Shown here: one piece after another, positions 12,046-23,077 of the stretch
Layout of the letters: the number at the start of each line of letters is the position of its first letter
How positions within the stretch are numbered: position 1 is the stretch's first letter
From: Spirochaetia bacterium
GTDB taxonomy: Bacteria; Spirochaetota; Spirochaetia; SZUA-6; Bin103
Direction: 5' to 3'
NCBI GenBank assembly: GCA_965203515.1
Contig: OZ241907.1
Span: forward strand, 3,296,001 to 3,360,000
Length of the DNA stretch: 64,000 nt
The notes under the pieces: model-generated
Databases searched by the model: none
Seen by the model: only the letters and a program-made list of their open reading frames with translations
Told to the model about the DNA's origin: nothing
Program-made: the position numbers and the translations under genes

Positions 12046-13116
12046 TTACAGCTTCTCGCCGAAGTAGATGCCAGCCCACTCCCAGCTACCGTCGATGCGC
12101 GGATCGACCGGGTAATCGATCCGGCGGAAGTACAGGTACCACGTCGTGACGCGGAATGTCCATCCGGTAGTGCGCAGGAACGCCTCGCGCTCGTTGGAAT
12201 CGGGATGGAGCTGCGCGGCGACGTGCACGCGCCGCATCGGGAACGCCTCCAGCCGGAAGCGGCGGGTGAGGGTGGCATCGCTCCCCCATGAGGTGGCGAA
12301 GAAGTCGACCTCCGCCTGCAGGCGCCGCATCGCCGCCATGTCGCGCCGTGCGACGGCGCGCTGCACCTCCGCGACCAGCGCCGGCAGATCGTCCCTGATC
12401 CATGACTTGTCCGATCGATGGAACCCGATCAGCGCGGCGACGCGCCGGTAGGCGCGCGGCTCGCCGGGAACGTCGGTCGGCGGAGCGCTCAGGAACGCCC
12501 GATAGGTGTCGAGCGCCGCCTCCCAGGCGCCGCGCTCGGCGTAGGCGCCCGCCAATCGGTAGAGGGCCAATGCCAAGTCGATCCGGTCGGGGAAGCGCTC
12601 GATGAGCTCGTGGTAGTACTCGACGCGACGGACGCGGTCGTCGAGCTCGACCAGGCGCTCCAGGCAGTGCCGGTGCAGCGACCGCCCGCGCACCTCCAGA
12701 TCGGGGTGGTTGCGCAGGGCGCGGCGGTAGTAGTGCACGGCGAGCGGCGCCTGTCCGGCTTCCCGGTAGGAGTCGGCGGCGGTCACCAGGTAGGCGGTGG
12801 CATACGGATCGCGCGGGTCGCGCTGCGCGCGCAGGGTCAGGAAGGTCCGCTCGCGCCCCCCTTCGCCGCCGCGGCGCAGCGTGCGGGCGATCTCCGCGAT
12901 CAGCGCGTAGCGCCGGGCGGCCGCCTCCGGGCCGTCGCCGGTCCGCTCCATCTCCCGGCTCAGCCGGCGCAGGTCGGCGTTCAGGTCCCGGTCCGGGACC
13001 CAGAGGAGCCCCGGCGGCGCGCAGCCGCCCAGCACGACGACGGCGGCCAGCCCGACCGCCGTCGCCAGCGCGGCGCGGCGCGGCAGGACGCGATCGTACG
13101 GGTACCCCGCAGCCAT
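12046..13116 (-). CDS. Tetratricopeptide-repeat lipoprotein
   Basis: LGGC lipobox, TPR-like helices ([26 protein letters not shown]), C-terminal [12 protein letters not shown]; start uncertain (13116 or 13137). Confidence 0.7.
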   Translation of the reverse strand: MAAGYPYDRVLPRRAALATAVGLAAVVVLGGCAPPGLLWVPDRDLNADLRRLSREMERTGDGPEAAARRYALIAEIARTLRRGGEGGRERTFLTLRAQRDPRDPYATAYLVTAADSYREAGQAPLAVHYYRRALRNHPDLEVRGRSLHRHCLERLVELDDRVRRVEYYHELIERFPDRIDLALALYRLAGAYAERGAWEAALDTYRAFLSAPPTDVPGEPRAYRRVAALIGFHRSDKSWIRDDLPALVAEVQRAVARRDMAAMRRLQAEVDFFATSWGSDATLTRRFRLEAFPMRRVHVAAQLHPDSNEREAFLRTTGWTFRVTTWYLYFRRIDYPVDPRIDGSWEWAGIYFGEKL

Positions 13117-13139
13117 CCGGTGGTATAGTCTGCTCACCG

Positions 13140-14359
<1,220 letters not shown>

Positions 14360-14360
<1 letters not shown>

Positions 14361-14770
14361 TGCGCGGCGCCGGTCGTCCGCTGCTTGCCGGGGCGGCGCT
14401 GGCGCTGAGCTGGCTGCTGGCCGGCTGCCAGACGTCGATGCCGATCACCGACGACATGAGCCCGCCGGAGTTCTTCCAGGCGGCCCGCGACGCCGTCGGG
14501 CAGCGGGACTACCGGTCGGCCATGGAGTACTACCGTGTCTATCTGGAGCGGTTCCCGGCCGCCGGCTATCCCGGCGAGCTGGAACGCAATCTCTGGGCGG
14601 AGTACGAGATCGGCTTCATGCATCACAAACTCGGCGACGATCGGACCGCGGCCGAGCTGCTGGGCCGGCTGATCGCCCGGTACGACGGCGAAGGCGGCGA
14701 AGACCTGCCGCCGGCCCCGGGCCGGCTGGCGCGCCGCGTCGTCGAAGATCTGGAGGCGCCGGAACCGTAG
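14360..14770 (+). CDS. Small TPR-like lipoprotein (BamD/YfiO-like N-terminal region)
   Basis: ATG overlaps the icd stop; LLAGC lipobox; FFQAA...YY...WAEYEIGF helical repeat. Confidence 0.7.
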
Positions 14771-14856
14771 CCCGGCCGGCCGCTGCCGGACGCCATGGCG
14801 GACTGACCGAACGCCGCCTTTTGAAGCGCTGCCGCCGCCGCGCGCGTATCCGGGGC

Positions 14857-15903
14857 ATGGAAACACGACCGATCGACCTGCGGCGGCTCGCCGCGGCGGC
14901 GATGCTGGCGGCCTTGTCCTGCATCGTCAGCGCCTGCGGCAGAGTATCCGCCTCGCCCGCCTTCATCGAACCGGACCTGATGCCGCCGCTGCTGCGCGCG
15001 GTGGAGGTCCCCGACCGGCGTTCGATCGCCGTCTCCTTCAGCGAGCCCGCGGTGCTGGAGGGCGGATCGCTCGTCATCGATCCGCACCTCGACGTGCAGG
15101 AGGTCGCGTACGACGGAGCGCGCATGCTGCTCTCCGTCGCCGATCAGTCCGCCGGGGCCGAGTATCGGCTCAAGGCGGTCGTCACCGACGAGCGCGGCAA
15201 CGGCCTGGGGATGGCGGCCCGCTTCTACGGCCACAACGGCGACGTGCCGCGCCTGATCATCACCGAGCTGACGACGCGCGGCTCCCGCAGGCGGCCCGAC
15301 CGGATCGAACTGGTGGCGCTGTCGGCCGGCGACCTGGGCGGCGTGACGCTGTACGACGGCACGCCGGGCAACTACCGGAATCGCCTGGTGTTCCCGTCGA
15401 TCGCGGTGGAGCCGGGCGACTTCATCGTCGTCCACTGCGTCAGCGCCGGTGAGCCGGCCGAGGTGAACGAGACCGCGTCGAAGGCGGAGTCGAGCCATCC
15501 GCAGGCGTCGGCGGAGGCATACGATCTGTGGCTGCCCGACGGAAAGGGGTTGTCGGGCAACAACGGCGTCGTGTCGCTCTACGGACAGCCGGACGGCGAC
15601 CTGCTGGACGGCGTGATCTACAGCGACCGCACGTCCGATTCGGACGAACGCTACCGCGGGTTCGGCACCCGCCGGATGCTGGAGCGGGTCGACGAGCTGG
15701 TGGCGGCCGGCGGCTGGCAGGTGGCGGCCGCGCCGGCGCGGCCGGAGGACGCCGTCGACTCGAACGACACCACCTCGACCCGATCGATGGCGCGTGCGTC
15801 CGACCACGCCGACACCGACTCCCGCGCGGACTGGCACGTGGTGCCGACCCGCGGGGCGACGTTCGGCGGCCCCAACACCGATGAGGTCTTCAGCCGCCGG
15901 TGA
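14857..15903 (+). CDS. Lipoprotein with lamin-tail-like/Ig-like domains
   Basis: VSAC lipobox; LIITEL...DRIEL and GLSGNNG...TFGGPN resemble lamin-tail-domain signatures. Confidence 0.55.
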   Translation: METRPIDLRRLAAAAMLAALSCIVSACGRVSASPAFIEPDLMPPLLRAVEVPDRRSIAVSFSEPAVLEGGSLVIDPHLDVQEVAYDGARMLLSVADQSAGAEYRLKAVVTDERGNGLGMAARFYGHNGDVPRLIITELTTRGSRRRPDRIELVALSAGDLGGVTLYDGTPGNYRNRLVFPSIAVEPGDFIVVHCVSAGEPAEVNETASKAESSHPQASAEAYDLWLPDGKGLSGNNGVVSLYGQPDGDLLDGVIYSDRTSDSDERYRGFGTRRMLERVDELVAAGGWQVAAAPARPEDAVDSNDTTSTRSMARASDHADTDSRADWHVVPTRGATFGGPNTDEVFSRR

Positions 15904-15932
15904 CCGAGCGGTGCGCGCGGCTTCTCAAGGCC

Positions 15933-16265
15933 CTATCCCTGGGAGACGAGCTCCTTGAACATCCCCTCGATCTTGGCCTTGGGGACCGCGCCGACCTGCT
16001 GGTCGACCACCGATCCGTCCTTGAACAGCAGCAGCGTGGGAATGCTGACCACGTTGAACTTCATCGCCAAGTCGCCGGCGTCGTCGACGTTCACCTTGCC
16101 GACCTTGACCCGGCCGGCGTAGTCGTCGGCCAGTTCCGCCACGGCGGGAGCGATCATCTTGCACGGGCCGCACCAGTCGGCCCAGAAGTCGACCAGAACC
16201 GGGGTATCCGCCCGGAGGACCTCCGCATCGAAGTTGGCGCCGGTGATCGTCACTTCCTGTCCCAT
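15933..16265 (-). CDS. trxA: Thioredoxin
   Basis: WCGPC active site, SIPT cis-Pro loop, 110 aa. Confidence 0.96.
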   Translation of the reverse strand: MGQEVTITGANFDAEVLRADTPVLVDFWADWCGPCKMIAPAVAELADDYAGRVKVGKVNVDDAGDLAMKFNVVSIPTLLLFKDGSVVDQQVGAVPKAKIEGMFKELVSQG

Positions 16266-16320
16266 TCGGGTTACCCCCTTGAACTCGTCGAGGAGAACAT
16301 AGGGCGAAGCGCCGCGGCGA

Positions 16321-17112
16321 TCAAGCCGGCGGCGAGGAGGCGCCGCCGCGGCCGGCCAGGCGGGCGGTCAGGTCGCGCACCGTGCGGTACGGGTCGGCGC
16401 CGGCAGGAGCGTCGAGCAGCGCGCGGATGAAGGCGGAGCCGACGATCACGGTGTCGACCAGCCGCGCCAGCGCGTCGACCTGCGCCCGTTCCGCCAGGCC
16501 GAAGCCGGCCATCACCGCCACGCCCAGCGCCTTCGCCTCCCGCAGGAAGCGGATGCTGTCCCCGCTGATGCGCGTGTAGCCGCCGGTTACCCCCTTGCGC
16601 AACGCGGTGTACAGGGAGCGGGTGCGTGACCGCTCGACCACCGCGCGCAGCCGCTCCGCCCGCGCGGTCACCGGCACCACCGGCACCACCTCCAGTCCCA
16701 GCGCCCGTCCGGCCGCGTACAGACCCTCGTCGTAGTCGGGCGGCAGGTCGGGGACGATCACGCCGCGAGCGCCCGCGTCCCGGCAGCGCGTCAGGAACGC
16801 CTCGATGCCGGGACGGAACGCCAGATTGGCGTACACCATCACGAATACCCCCGGCGCGGCGGGCCGCCCGGCCAGCCGCTCGACCAGCCGAAATCCGTCG
16901 GCGACGGCGAATCCCGCCGCCAGCGCGTCCGCGCACGCGCGCTGGATGAACGGGCCGTCGGCGGTCGGGTCGCTGAACGGGAACTGCACCTCCAGCAGCT
17001 CGGCGCCGCCGTCGATCATCGCCTCGCCCATGTGCAGCGACGTCTCCCAGTCCGGGAACGCGGCGACCAGATGGGCCATGAAGGCGGGGCCGCGCGGGGT
17101 CGGTTCAGGCAT
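16321..17112 (-). CDS. trpA: Tryptophan synthase alpha chain
   Basis: EVQFPFSDPTADGP, IVPDLP, GVTG, GFG, IVGSA. Confidence 0.95.
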   Translation of the reverse strand: MPEPTPRGPAFMAHLVAAFPDWETSLHMGEAMIDGGAELLEVQFPFSDPTADGPFIQRACADALAAGFAVADGFRLVERLAGRPAAPGVFVMVYANLAFRPGIEAFLTRCRDAGARGVIVPDLPPDYDEGLYAAGRALGLEVVPVVPVTARAERLRAVVERSRTRSLYTALRKGVTGGYTRISGDSIRFLREAKALGVAVMAGFGLAERAQVDALARLVDTVIVGSAFIRALLDAPAGADPYRTVRDLTARLAGRGGASSPPA

Positions 17113-18334
17113 CTTCGATCTCCTGCGCTTCGCGTTTCAGGAACTCCGCCCACCGCCCGGGCTGCAGGGCGCGGGCCAGGATGAACAGATCCTTGTCGCC
17201 GCGGCCGGAGACGTTGACCACCACGTTGGCGTCATCCGGCAGCGTTCGGGCCAGCCGGACGGCGGCGGCGCCGGCATGGGCGGACTCCAGCGCGAAGGCC
17301 ACCCCTTCGCTGCGCGCGAACAGCCGCACCGCGTCGAGCGCCTCGTCGTCGGAGGCGGTGGTGAACTCCACCCGGCCGGCGGTCCCCAGGTGGGCGAGCT
17401 GCGGGCCGACGCCGGGGTAGTCCAGTCCCGCCGAAATCGAATGGGTCTCCGCCACCTGCCCGTCGTCGTCGGTGAGGAACAGCGACTTGTAGCCGTGCAC
17501 GATCCCCGGCGTGCCGCTCCCCGACAGACGCGCCGCGTGGTCGCCCAGGGCGGGCCCGCGGCCGCCCGCCTCCACCCCGATCAGGCGCGGCCGGGGCGCC
17601 TCCAGATGCGGCGCGAAGAATCCCAGGGCGTTGGAGCCGCCGCCCACGCAGGCGACCAGCGCGGTCGGTTGCACGCCGAGGCGCCGGCACTGTTCGACTA
17701 CCTCGCGGCCGACCACGGACTGGAACTCGCGGACCATGTCCGGGTAGGGCGAAGGACCCATGGCGGAGCCGATCACGTAGTGGGTCCGTTCGAAGCTGTC
17801 GGACCAGTCGCGTAGCGCCTCGTTGACCGCGTCCTTGAGCGTGCGCGAACCGGAGCCGACCGGCACCACCTCGGCGCCGAACAGCTCCATCCAGAACACG
17901 TTGGGGCGCTGGCGGCGCATGTCGACCTCGCCCATGTAGACGCGGCATTGCAGTCCCAGCCTGGCGCTGACCGCGGCCGTGGCCACGCCGTGCTGGCCGG
18001 CGCCGGTCTCCGCGATCACGCGCGGTTTGCCCATCCGCCGCGCCAGCAGGCACTGGCCGATGACGTTGTTCACCTTGTGGGCGCCGGTGTTGGCCAGCCC
18101 CTCCAGCTTCAGGTAGATCGCCGCGCCGCCGATCTCCGCCGCCGCGTTCACGGCCGGGGTGAGCGGCGTCGGCCGGCCCGCGAACTGCCGGCCCAGGCGG
18201 TCCAGCTCGGCCAGGAACGCGGGGTCGGCGATCGCGCCGGTGAACGCCGCCTGCAGCTCGTCGAGCGGCGTGCGCAGCACTTCGGCGGCGTAGCGTCCGC
18301 CGAATCGGCCGAAGTAGTCGTTGTAGACCTTCAT
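17105..18334 (-). CDS. trpB: Tryptophan synthase beta chain
   Basis: GAHKVNN PLP lysine, ETGAGQHG, GGGSNA, SAGLDYPGVGP, SGRGDKD. Confidence 0.97.
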   Translation of the reverse strand: MKVYNDYFGRFGGRYAAEVLRTPLDELQAAFTGAIADPAFLAELDRLGRQFAGRPTPLTPAVNAAAEIGGAAIYLKLEGLANTGAHKVNNVIGQCLLARRMGKPRVIAETGAGQHGVATAAVSARLGLQCRVYMGEVDMRRQRPNVFWMELFGAEVVPVGSGSRTLKDAVNEALRDWSDSFERTHYVIGSAMGPSPYPDMVREFQSVVGREVVEQCRRLGVQPTALVACVGGGSNALGFFAPHLEAPRPRLIGVEAGGRGPALGDHAARLSGSGTPGIVHGYKSLFLTDDDGQVAETHSISAGLDYPGVGPQLAHLGTAGRVEFTTASDDEALDAVRLFARSEGVAFALESAHAGAAAVRLARTLPDDANVVVNVSGRGDKDLFILARALQPGRWAEFLKREAQEIEDA

Positions 18335-19875
18335 ACGGGACTCCCCATTGCGAACGGCTCCGCGGCCGACGGCTGCCGCCGTGCACGGCTCGCGCCGCCG
18401 CGCCGCGCCGCGCGAACGGTCCGCGCGGCGCGGATGGCGGCGAAGAACGCGCGCAACCGCTCCGGATCCTTGCGCCCCGGCGCCGATTCCAGGCCGCTGG
18501 ACGCGTCGATCAGCTCCGGCGCGTGGCGATCGATCACGGCGCTCACGTTGCCGGGGTCGAGGCCGCCGGCCAGCCACAGCGGGCGGCGTGCGGCGGCGCC
18601 GTCGACCAGCTCGGCGCCGACGCGCCGGCCGGCTGCCGGCGCGTCGATCAGCACGCGCGGGCAGCGGTAGGCGTCGATGCGATCCAGGTCGGCGCGATCC
18701 CGCACGCGGACCGCCTTGAAGTAGGGCTGCGCCAGGTCAGCGCACCGTGCGGCGGGTTCGGAGCCGTGGAGTTGGACGGCGTCGAGATGCCCGTCGGCGC
18801 GCAGCGCCGCCGCGGTCGACGCGTCGTCGACCGCGACGCCTACCTTGAGCGCGCCGACGTCGCCGAGCCGGGCGATCATGTCGGGCGCGGCGCGGCGCGG
18901 CGAATCGGCCAGTATGAAGCCGATCAGGTCGGCGCCGGCCTCCGCGGCGCACAGCGCGTCGTCCCGGCAGGTGACGCCGCAGACCTTGACCAACGGCCGG
19001 GGCGCCGGTTCCCGCAGCGGCGAGCGCGCGTAGAGCCGGCCGCTCTCGCTAGTCGTCACCCTGCATCCAGCCCGCAGCGGCGAGCGCGCGTAGAGCCGGC
19101 CCCAGAAGTCGGGCGGCGCCGCGCCGCGGAAGGCGGCGGCCAGCTCGCCGGCCAGCTCCGGCCGGCGCACCACGCCTTCGCCCACCAGCACGCCCGCGAA
19201 GCCGGCGGCGCGCGCCAGCGACGCCTGTTCGGCGAAGAAGATCCCCGACTCGAAGACCAGCCGCGCCGGCCAGTCGATGAGCGGCCGCAGGCGGAGCGGG
19301 TGCGCCAGGTCGGTACCGAAGGTGGTCAGGTCGCGCGCGTTGATGCCGACCAGCGGCGGGCGCACGGCGCGCATCCGGTCCACGTCGGCGGGGTCGTGCA
19401 CCTCCACCAGGGCGGCCATGCCGAGCCGCTCGGCGGCGCGCAGCATCGACGCCAGCCGGTCCGCGTCGATCATGCCGGCGATCAGGAGCACCGCGTCGGC
19501 GCCGGCGCGATGGGAGACCTCGACGTCCCGCTCGTCGAGCAGAAAGTCCTTGCGCAGCACCGCCAGATCGGGAAAGCGCCGCTTGATCCGCGTCAAGTCG
19601 TCGAGCGAGCCGCCGAAGTGGTCCGGCTCGGTGAGCACCGACACGTGGCGGATGCCGGCCGCCGCGTAGCGCCCGGCCTGCCGCACGACGTCCAGCCCCG
19701 CGTCGATCGCGCCGCGGGAGGGCGACCGCTTCTTGATCTCGCAGATCACCAGCGGTCCGGCGGCGAACGGGACGGCCGGCGCCTGCCGCTCGGCGGGCAC
19801 GGCCGCGCCGAGCGCCGGCCCCTCGCGCGCGACGCGCGCGCGGCGGCGCGCGACGATGCGGTCGCGGATGGTCAC
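18331..19875 (-). CDS. trpCF: Bifunctional indole-3-glycerol phosphate synthase / phosphoribosylanthranilate isomerase (TrpC-TrpF fusion)
   Basis: EIKKRSPSRG, SVLTE, LRKDF (TrpC), then VKVCG, QLHG, LAGGL, DASSGLE (TrpF); GTG start in a GTGA overlap with the trpGD stop. Confidence 0.93.
   Translation of the reverse strand: MTIRDRIVARRRARVAREGPALGAAVPAERQAPAVPFAAGPLVICEIKKRSPSRGAIDAGLDVVRQAGRYAAAGIRHVSVLTEPDHFGGSLDDLTRIKRRFPDLAVLRKDFLLDERDVEVSHRAGADAVLLIAGMIDADRLASMLRAAERLGMAALVEVHDPADVDRMRAVRPPLVGINARDLTTFGTDLAHPLRLRPLIDWPARLVFESGIFFAEQASLARAAGFAGVLVGEGVVRRPELAGELAAAFRGAAPPDFWGRLYARSPLRAGCRVTTSESGRLYARSPLREPAPRPLVKVCGVTCRDDALCAAEAGADLIGFILADSPRRAAPDMIARLGDVGALKVGVAVDDASTAAALRADGHLDAVQLHGSEPAARCADLAQPYFKAVRVRDRADLDRIDAYRCPRVLIDAPAAGRRVGAELVDGAAARRPLWLAGGLDPGNVSAVIDRHAPELIDASSGLESAPGRKDPERLRAFFAAIRAARTVRAARRGGASRARRQPSAAEPFAMGSPV
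19011..19101. repeat. 31-bp perfect direct repeat flanking a 29-bp unique spacer (in-frame 60-bp insertion in the TrpC-TrpF linker)
   Basis: cccgcagcggcgagcgcgcgtagagccggcc at 19011-19041 and 19071-19101; protein shows GRLYARSPLR twice. Confidence 0.95.
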
Positions 19876-21494
19876 GACGACGGTCCGGCGCCGCGTTCGG
19901 CCAACGCCGCCGCCAGGGCGGTGATCTCGTCTACCTTGCGCGCCACCGCTCCCGAGTTCAGCGTCCGCAGGGCGGTCCGCACGCCGGCGCGGAGGTCCGC
20001 GGCCAGCCCACACACGTGCAGCGCCGCGCCGGCGTTGACCGCGATCGCGTCGCGCAGCGCGGGACGGCCGGCGCCGGCCATCAGCTCGCGGGCCTGCGCG
20101 ACGTTCTCCGCCGGCGTGCCGCCGCCGACCGCTCCCCGGTCGTGGCGGCCGACGCCCAGCGCTTCCGGCGTCAGGCGCAGCTCCTCCGCTCGGCCCGACT
20201 CGTCGATCAGCACCGCGCGCGTGGGGCCGATCACGGAGATCTCGTCGCCGCCGTCATCGCCGTGCACGGTCATCACCCGCCGTACGCCCAGCAGCCGGGC
20301 CGCCTCCGCGACCACCCGGCAGAGCGCCCCGTCGTAGACGCCGATGACCTGCCAGACGGCGCCGGCCGGATTGGCCAGCGGCCCGAGCAGGTTCATCACC
20401 GTCTTGATGCCGAGCTCCTGCCGCACCGGCGCGGCGTGGCGCATGGAGCCGTGGTAGGTCGGGGCGAACAGAAAGGCGAACCCAGTCCCGGCCAGCAGCT
20501 CGGCGGAGGCCGCCGGGTCGAGGTCGGAGCGGACGCCCAGCGCGGCGTAGAAGTCGGCGCTGCCGCTCTTGCGGGTGAAGGAGCGGTTGCCGTGCTTGGC
20601 GACGCGGGCGCCGGCAGCGCAGGCGACCAGCGCGGCCATCGACGAGATGTTGAAGCTGCCGGTGCCGGCCCCGCCGGTGCCGCACGTGTCCAGGAAATCG
20701 CCCGACGCCGCCAGCGGCGTCTTCTTGCGCCGCAGAACCGACGCGCAGCCGGCGATCTCGGCCGCGGCGTATCCCTTGGCGTTCAACGCCACCAGGAAGC
20801 CGGCGATCTGCGCGGTGTTGAGGTTGCCGTCGGTCAGCTCCTCCATGAACTCGGCGGCCTGCTCCTGCGTCAGGTCGGTGCCGGCCGCCACCCGGTTCAG
20901 CAGCCCCGGCACGTCGAGCGGTTCGCGTTTGTAGTCGAGAAAATTCGCCAACAGTCTCCTCCCATGATCGGAAGCGATCGATTCCGGGTGAAACTGCACG
21001 CCCTCCACGACGCACCGTTCATGCCGGATGCCCATGATCTCGCCGTCCGCCGACCGGGCGGTGACGGCGAACCCGTCCGGCACCGTCTCCGGGTCGAGCA
21101 CCAGCGAATGGTAGCGGGTGAAGATCGCCGGCGACGGTATGCCGCGAAACACGCCGCGCCCGTCGGAGGTTATCGCGTCGGTCTTGCCGTGCACGATCGC
21201 CCGCGCCTGGATGATACGCCCTCCGAAGGCGGCGCCGATCGCCTGATGGCCCAGGCAGACGCCCAGGATCGGGACCTCGCCGGCGAACCGCCGGATCGCC
21301 GCCAGGCTCACGCCGGCCTCCTCCGGGCGGCCCGGGCCGGGCGAGATGACGATCCCCGCCGGCCGCAGCGCGGCGATCCCGTCGACGTCGATCCGGTCGT
21401 TGCGGTACACGCGGATCTCCTGATCGGTGAGCTCCGACAGGTACTGGAACAGGTTGTAGGTAAACGAGTCGTAGTTGTCGATCAGCACGTACAT
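19872..21494 (-). CDS. trpD: Bifunctional anthranilate synthase component II / anthranilate phosphoribosyltransferase (TrpG-TrpD fusion)
   Basis: IDNYDSFTYN, SPGPG, GVCLGHQ, QFHPES (TrpG); DTCGTGG, FNISS, KHGNR, NLLGPLANP (TrpD). Confidence 0.95.
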   Translation of the reverse strand: MYVLIDNYDSFTYNLFQYLSELTDQEIRVYRNDRIDVDGIAALRPAGIVISPGPGRPEEAGVSLAAIRRFAGEVPILGVCLGHQAIGAAFGGRIIQARAIVHGKTDAITSDGRGVFRGIPSPAIFTRYHSLVLDPETVPDGFAVTARSADGEIMGIRHERCVVEGVQFHPESIASDHGRRLLANFLDYKREPLDVPGLLNRVAAGTDLTQEQAAEFMEELTDGNLNTAQIAGFLVALNAKGYAAAEIAGCASVLRRKKTPLAASGDFLDTCGTGGAGTGSFNISSMAALVACAAGARVAKHGNRSFTRKSGSADFYAALGVRSDLDPAASAELLAGTGFAFLFAPTYHGSMRHAAPVRQELGIKTVMNLLGPLANPAGAVWQVIGVYDGALCRVVAEAARLLGVRRVMTVHGDDGGDEISVIGPTRAVLIDESGRAEELRLTPEALGVGRHDRGAVGGGTPAENVAQARELMAGAGRPALRDAIAVNAGAALHVCGLAADLRAGVRTALRTLNSGAVARKVDEITALAAALAERGAGPSS

Positions 21495-22885
21495 CAGAGC
21501 GTCACCCCCAGCGCCTTGACGAGCGCTCGCAGCTTTTCGTCGGTCTCCTCCAACTCGCGCTCCGGCGACGAGTCGTATACCACCCCGGCGCCGGCCTGCA
21601 GCACCATCGTTCCGTCCTTCTTGAGGCCGCAACGGATGGCGATGCAGGTGTCCAGGGAGCCGTCCGGTTCCACGTAGCCGACGACGCCCGCGTAGAAGCT
21701 GCGCGGCGCGGCTTCCAGGCGGTCGATCACCTCCATGGCGCGGATCTTCGGAGCGCCGGATACGGTGCCGGCCGGAAAGGTGGCGCGCAGCGCGTCGACC
21801 CCGTCGCGGCCCGGCAACAGGTCTCCCTCGACCTGCGAGACGATGTGCATCACGTGCGAGTAGCGTTCGATCACGTTGCGCTCGGTCACCTCGACCGAGC
21901 CGGGCACGCACACCCGGCCCAGGTCGTTGCGTCCCAGGTCGACCAGCATCAGGTGCTCGGCCAGCTCCTTCCGGTCGCCGAGCAGTTCCGCTTCCAGCGC
22001 CGCGTCCTCGGCCCGATCGGCGCCGCGCCGCCGCGTGCCCGCGATCGGGCGCAGGATGGCGCGGCCCTGCCGGCAGCGAACGTGCACCTCCGGGGAGGCG
22101 CCGAACAGCTCGAAGCCGTCGTAGCGCAGGTAGAACATGTAGGGCGAGGGGTTGGTGGTGCGCAGGTTCCGGTACGCTTCCAGCGCCGGCAGGTCCGTGC
22201 GCACGGCGAGGCGCCGCGACAGTACGCCCTGCAGGAGGTTGCCGGCGATGATCTCCTCCCGGATCTCCCGGACCCCGGCCAGGTAGCGCGGCGGGTCCCC
22301 GCCGTCCGCCACCTGCGCCTCCGCCCGGCGGCGCGCCGGCGCCATGAAGTTGAAGTCCATGTCGTCGAGCCGCTCCATCGCCGCTTCGATCGCCGCGTCC
22401 AGGTCGATCTCGTAGCCGTCGTAGTTGAGGCCGAGCAGGGTCACCGAATCGACGTAGTGATCGAACACGGCGAACAGATGGCCGAACAGGAAGGCGGCGT
22501 CCGGCAGGCCCAGCACGTCGGGTCGCTTCTGCAGGCGCACGGTATCGAAGCGCGAGGCGTACTCGTAGCTCAGGAAGCCGATGCCGCCGGCCGGGAACGG
22601 GAAGTCGAACGCGGCGCCGGCATGCTGGGCCGCGAACGAGGTCAACACGTCCAGGATGTCGCGCTCCGGGTCCGGCAGCCGCGTCTGCGTCCCGCCGCGG
22701 GTGAGGAACACGCCGGCGGCCGTCTCGCGGATGCAGAACGCCTCGCGCACCAGCAGGATCGAGTAGCGCTCGCGCCCCTTCATGAAGGACGCCGACTCCA
22801 GCAGCACGCGCGCATCCAGCTTCCGGGCCAGCGTCACCGGCGTGAAGCGCTCGGCCGATATCGTCTTCGTCGCTGTCTTCCGCAT
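21494..22885 (-). CDS. trpE: Anthranilate synthase component I
   Basis: LLES, NPSPYM, SPE, PIAGTR, EHLMLVDLGRND, GTVSGAPK; strong GGAGG SD before ATG 22885. Confidence 0.96.
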   Translation of the reverse strand: MRKTATKTISAERFTPVTLARKLDARVLLESASFMKGRERYSILLVREAFCIRETAAGVFLTRGGTQTRLPDPERDILDVLTSFAAQHAGAAFDFPFPAGGIGFLSYEYASRFDTVRLQKRPDVLGLPDAAFLFGHLFAVFDHYVDSVTLLGLNYDGYEIDLDAAIEAAMERLDDMDFNFMAPARRRAEAQVADGGDPPRYLAGVREIREEIIAGNLLQGVLSRRLAVRTDLPALEAYRNLRTTNPSPYMFYLRYDGFELFGASPEVHVRCRQGRAILRPIAGTRRRGADRAEDAALEAELLGDRKELAEHLMLVDLGRNDLGRVCVPGSVEVTERNVIERYSHVMHIVSQVEGDLLPGRDGVDALRATFPAGTVSGAPKIRAMEVIDRLEAAPRSFYAGVVGYVEPDGSLDTCIAIRCGLKKDGTMVLQAGAGVVYDSSPERELEETDEKLRALVKALGVTL

Positions 22886-22910
22886 AATCTCGCCTCCTCC
22901 CTGAACAGAC

Positions 22911-22954
22911 AAAAAGCCGCAGGACCCGGTGCAACTACCGGAACCTGCGGCTTT
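22911..22954 (-). terminator. trp attenuator intrinsic terminator (3:4 hairpin)
   Basis: Minus strand AAAGCCGCAGG-tt-CCGGT-agttgc-ACCGG-gt-CCTGCGGCTTT followed by TTGTCTG, just upstream of the trpE SD. Confidence 0.9.
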
Positions 22955-22992
22955 CGGCACGTGCCGCCGTGCGGCCTGGTGCGCGGTTCCGG

Positions 22993-23067
22993 TTATGACA
23001 CCGGCCACCACCACGCGCGCACGCCGCGCGTCGAATCGATCGTCGAGCTGTCGTTGCGATCGGTCAT
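22993..23067 (-). CDS. trpL: trp operon leader peptide MTDRNDSSTIDSTRGVRAWWWPVS
   Basis: Manual translation gives a 24-codon ORF with three tandem TGG codons, between the promoter and the terminator upstream of trpE. Confidence 0.9.
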   Translation of the reverse strand: MTDRNDSSTIDSTRGVRAWWWPVS

Positions 23068-23077
23068 TTCGGAGTCG

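Noticed and set aside
19011..19101. CRISPR array
   Set aside because: Only two repeats, the repeat is native trpCF coding sequence, and there is no leader or cas gene in the window. Kept only as a repeat finding.
19872..22934. 1020-aa ORF as a TrpE-TrpG-TrpD fusion
   Set aside because: TrpE is in another frame; the real protein starts at ATG 21494.
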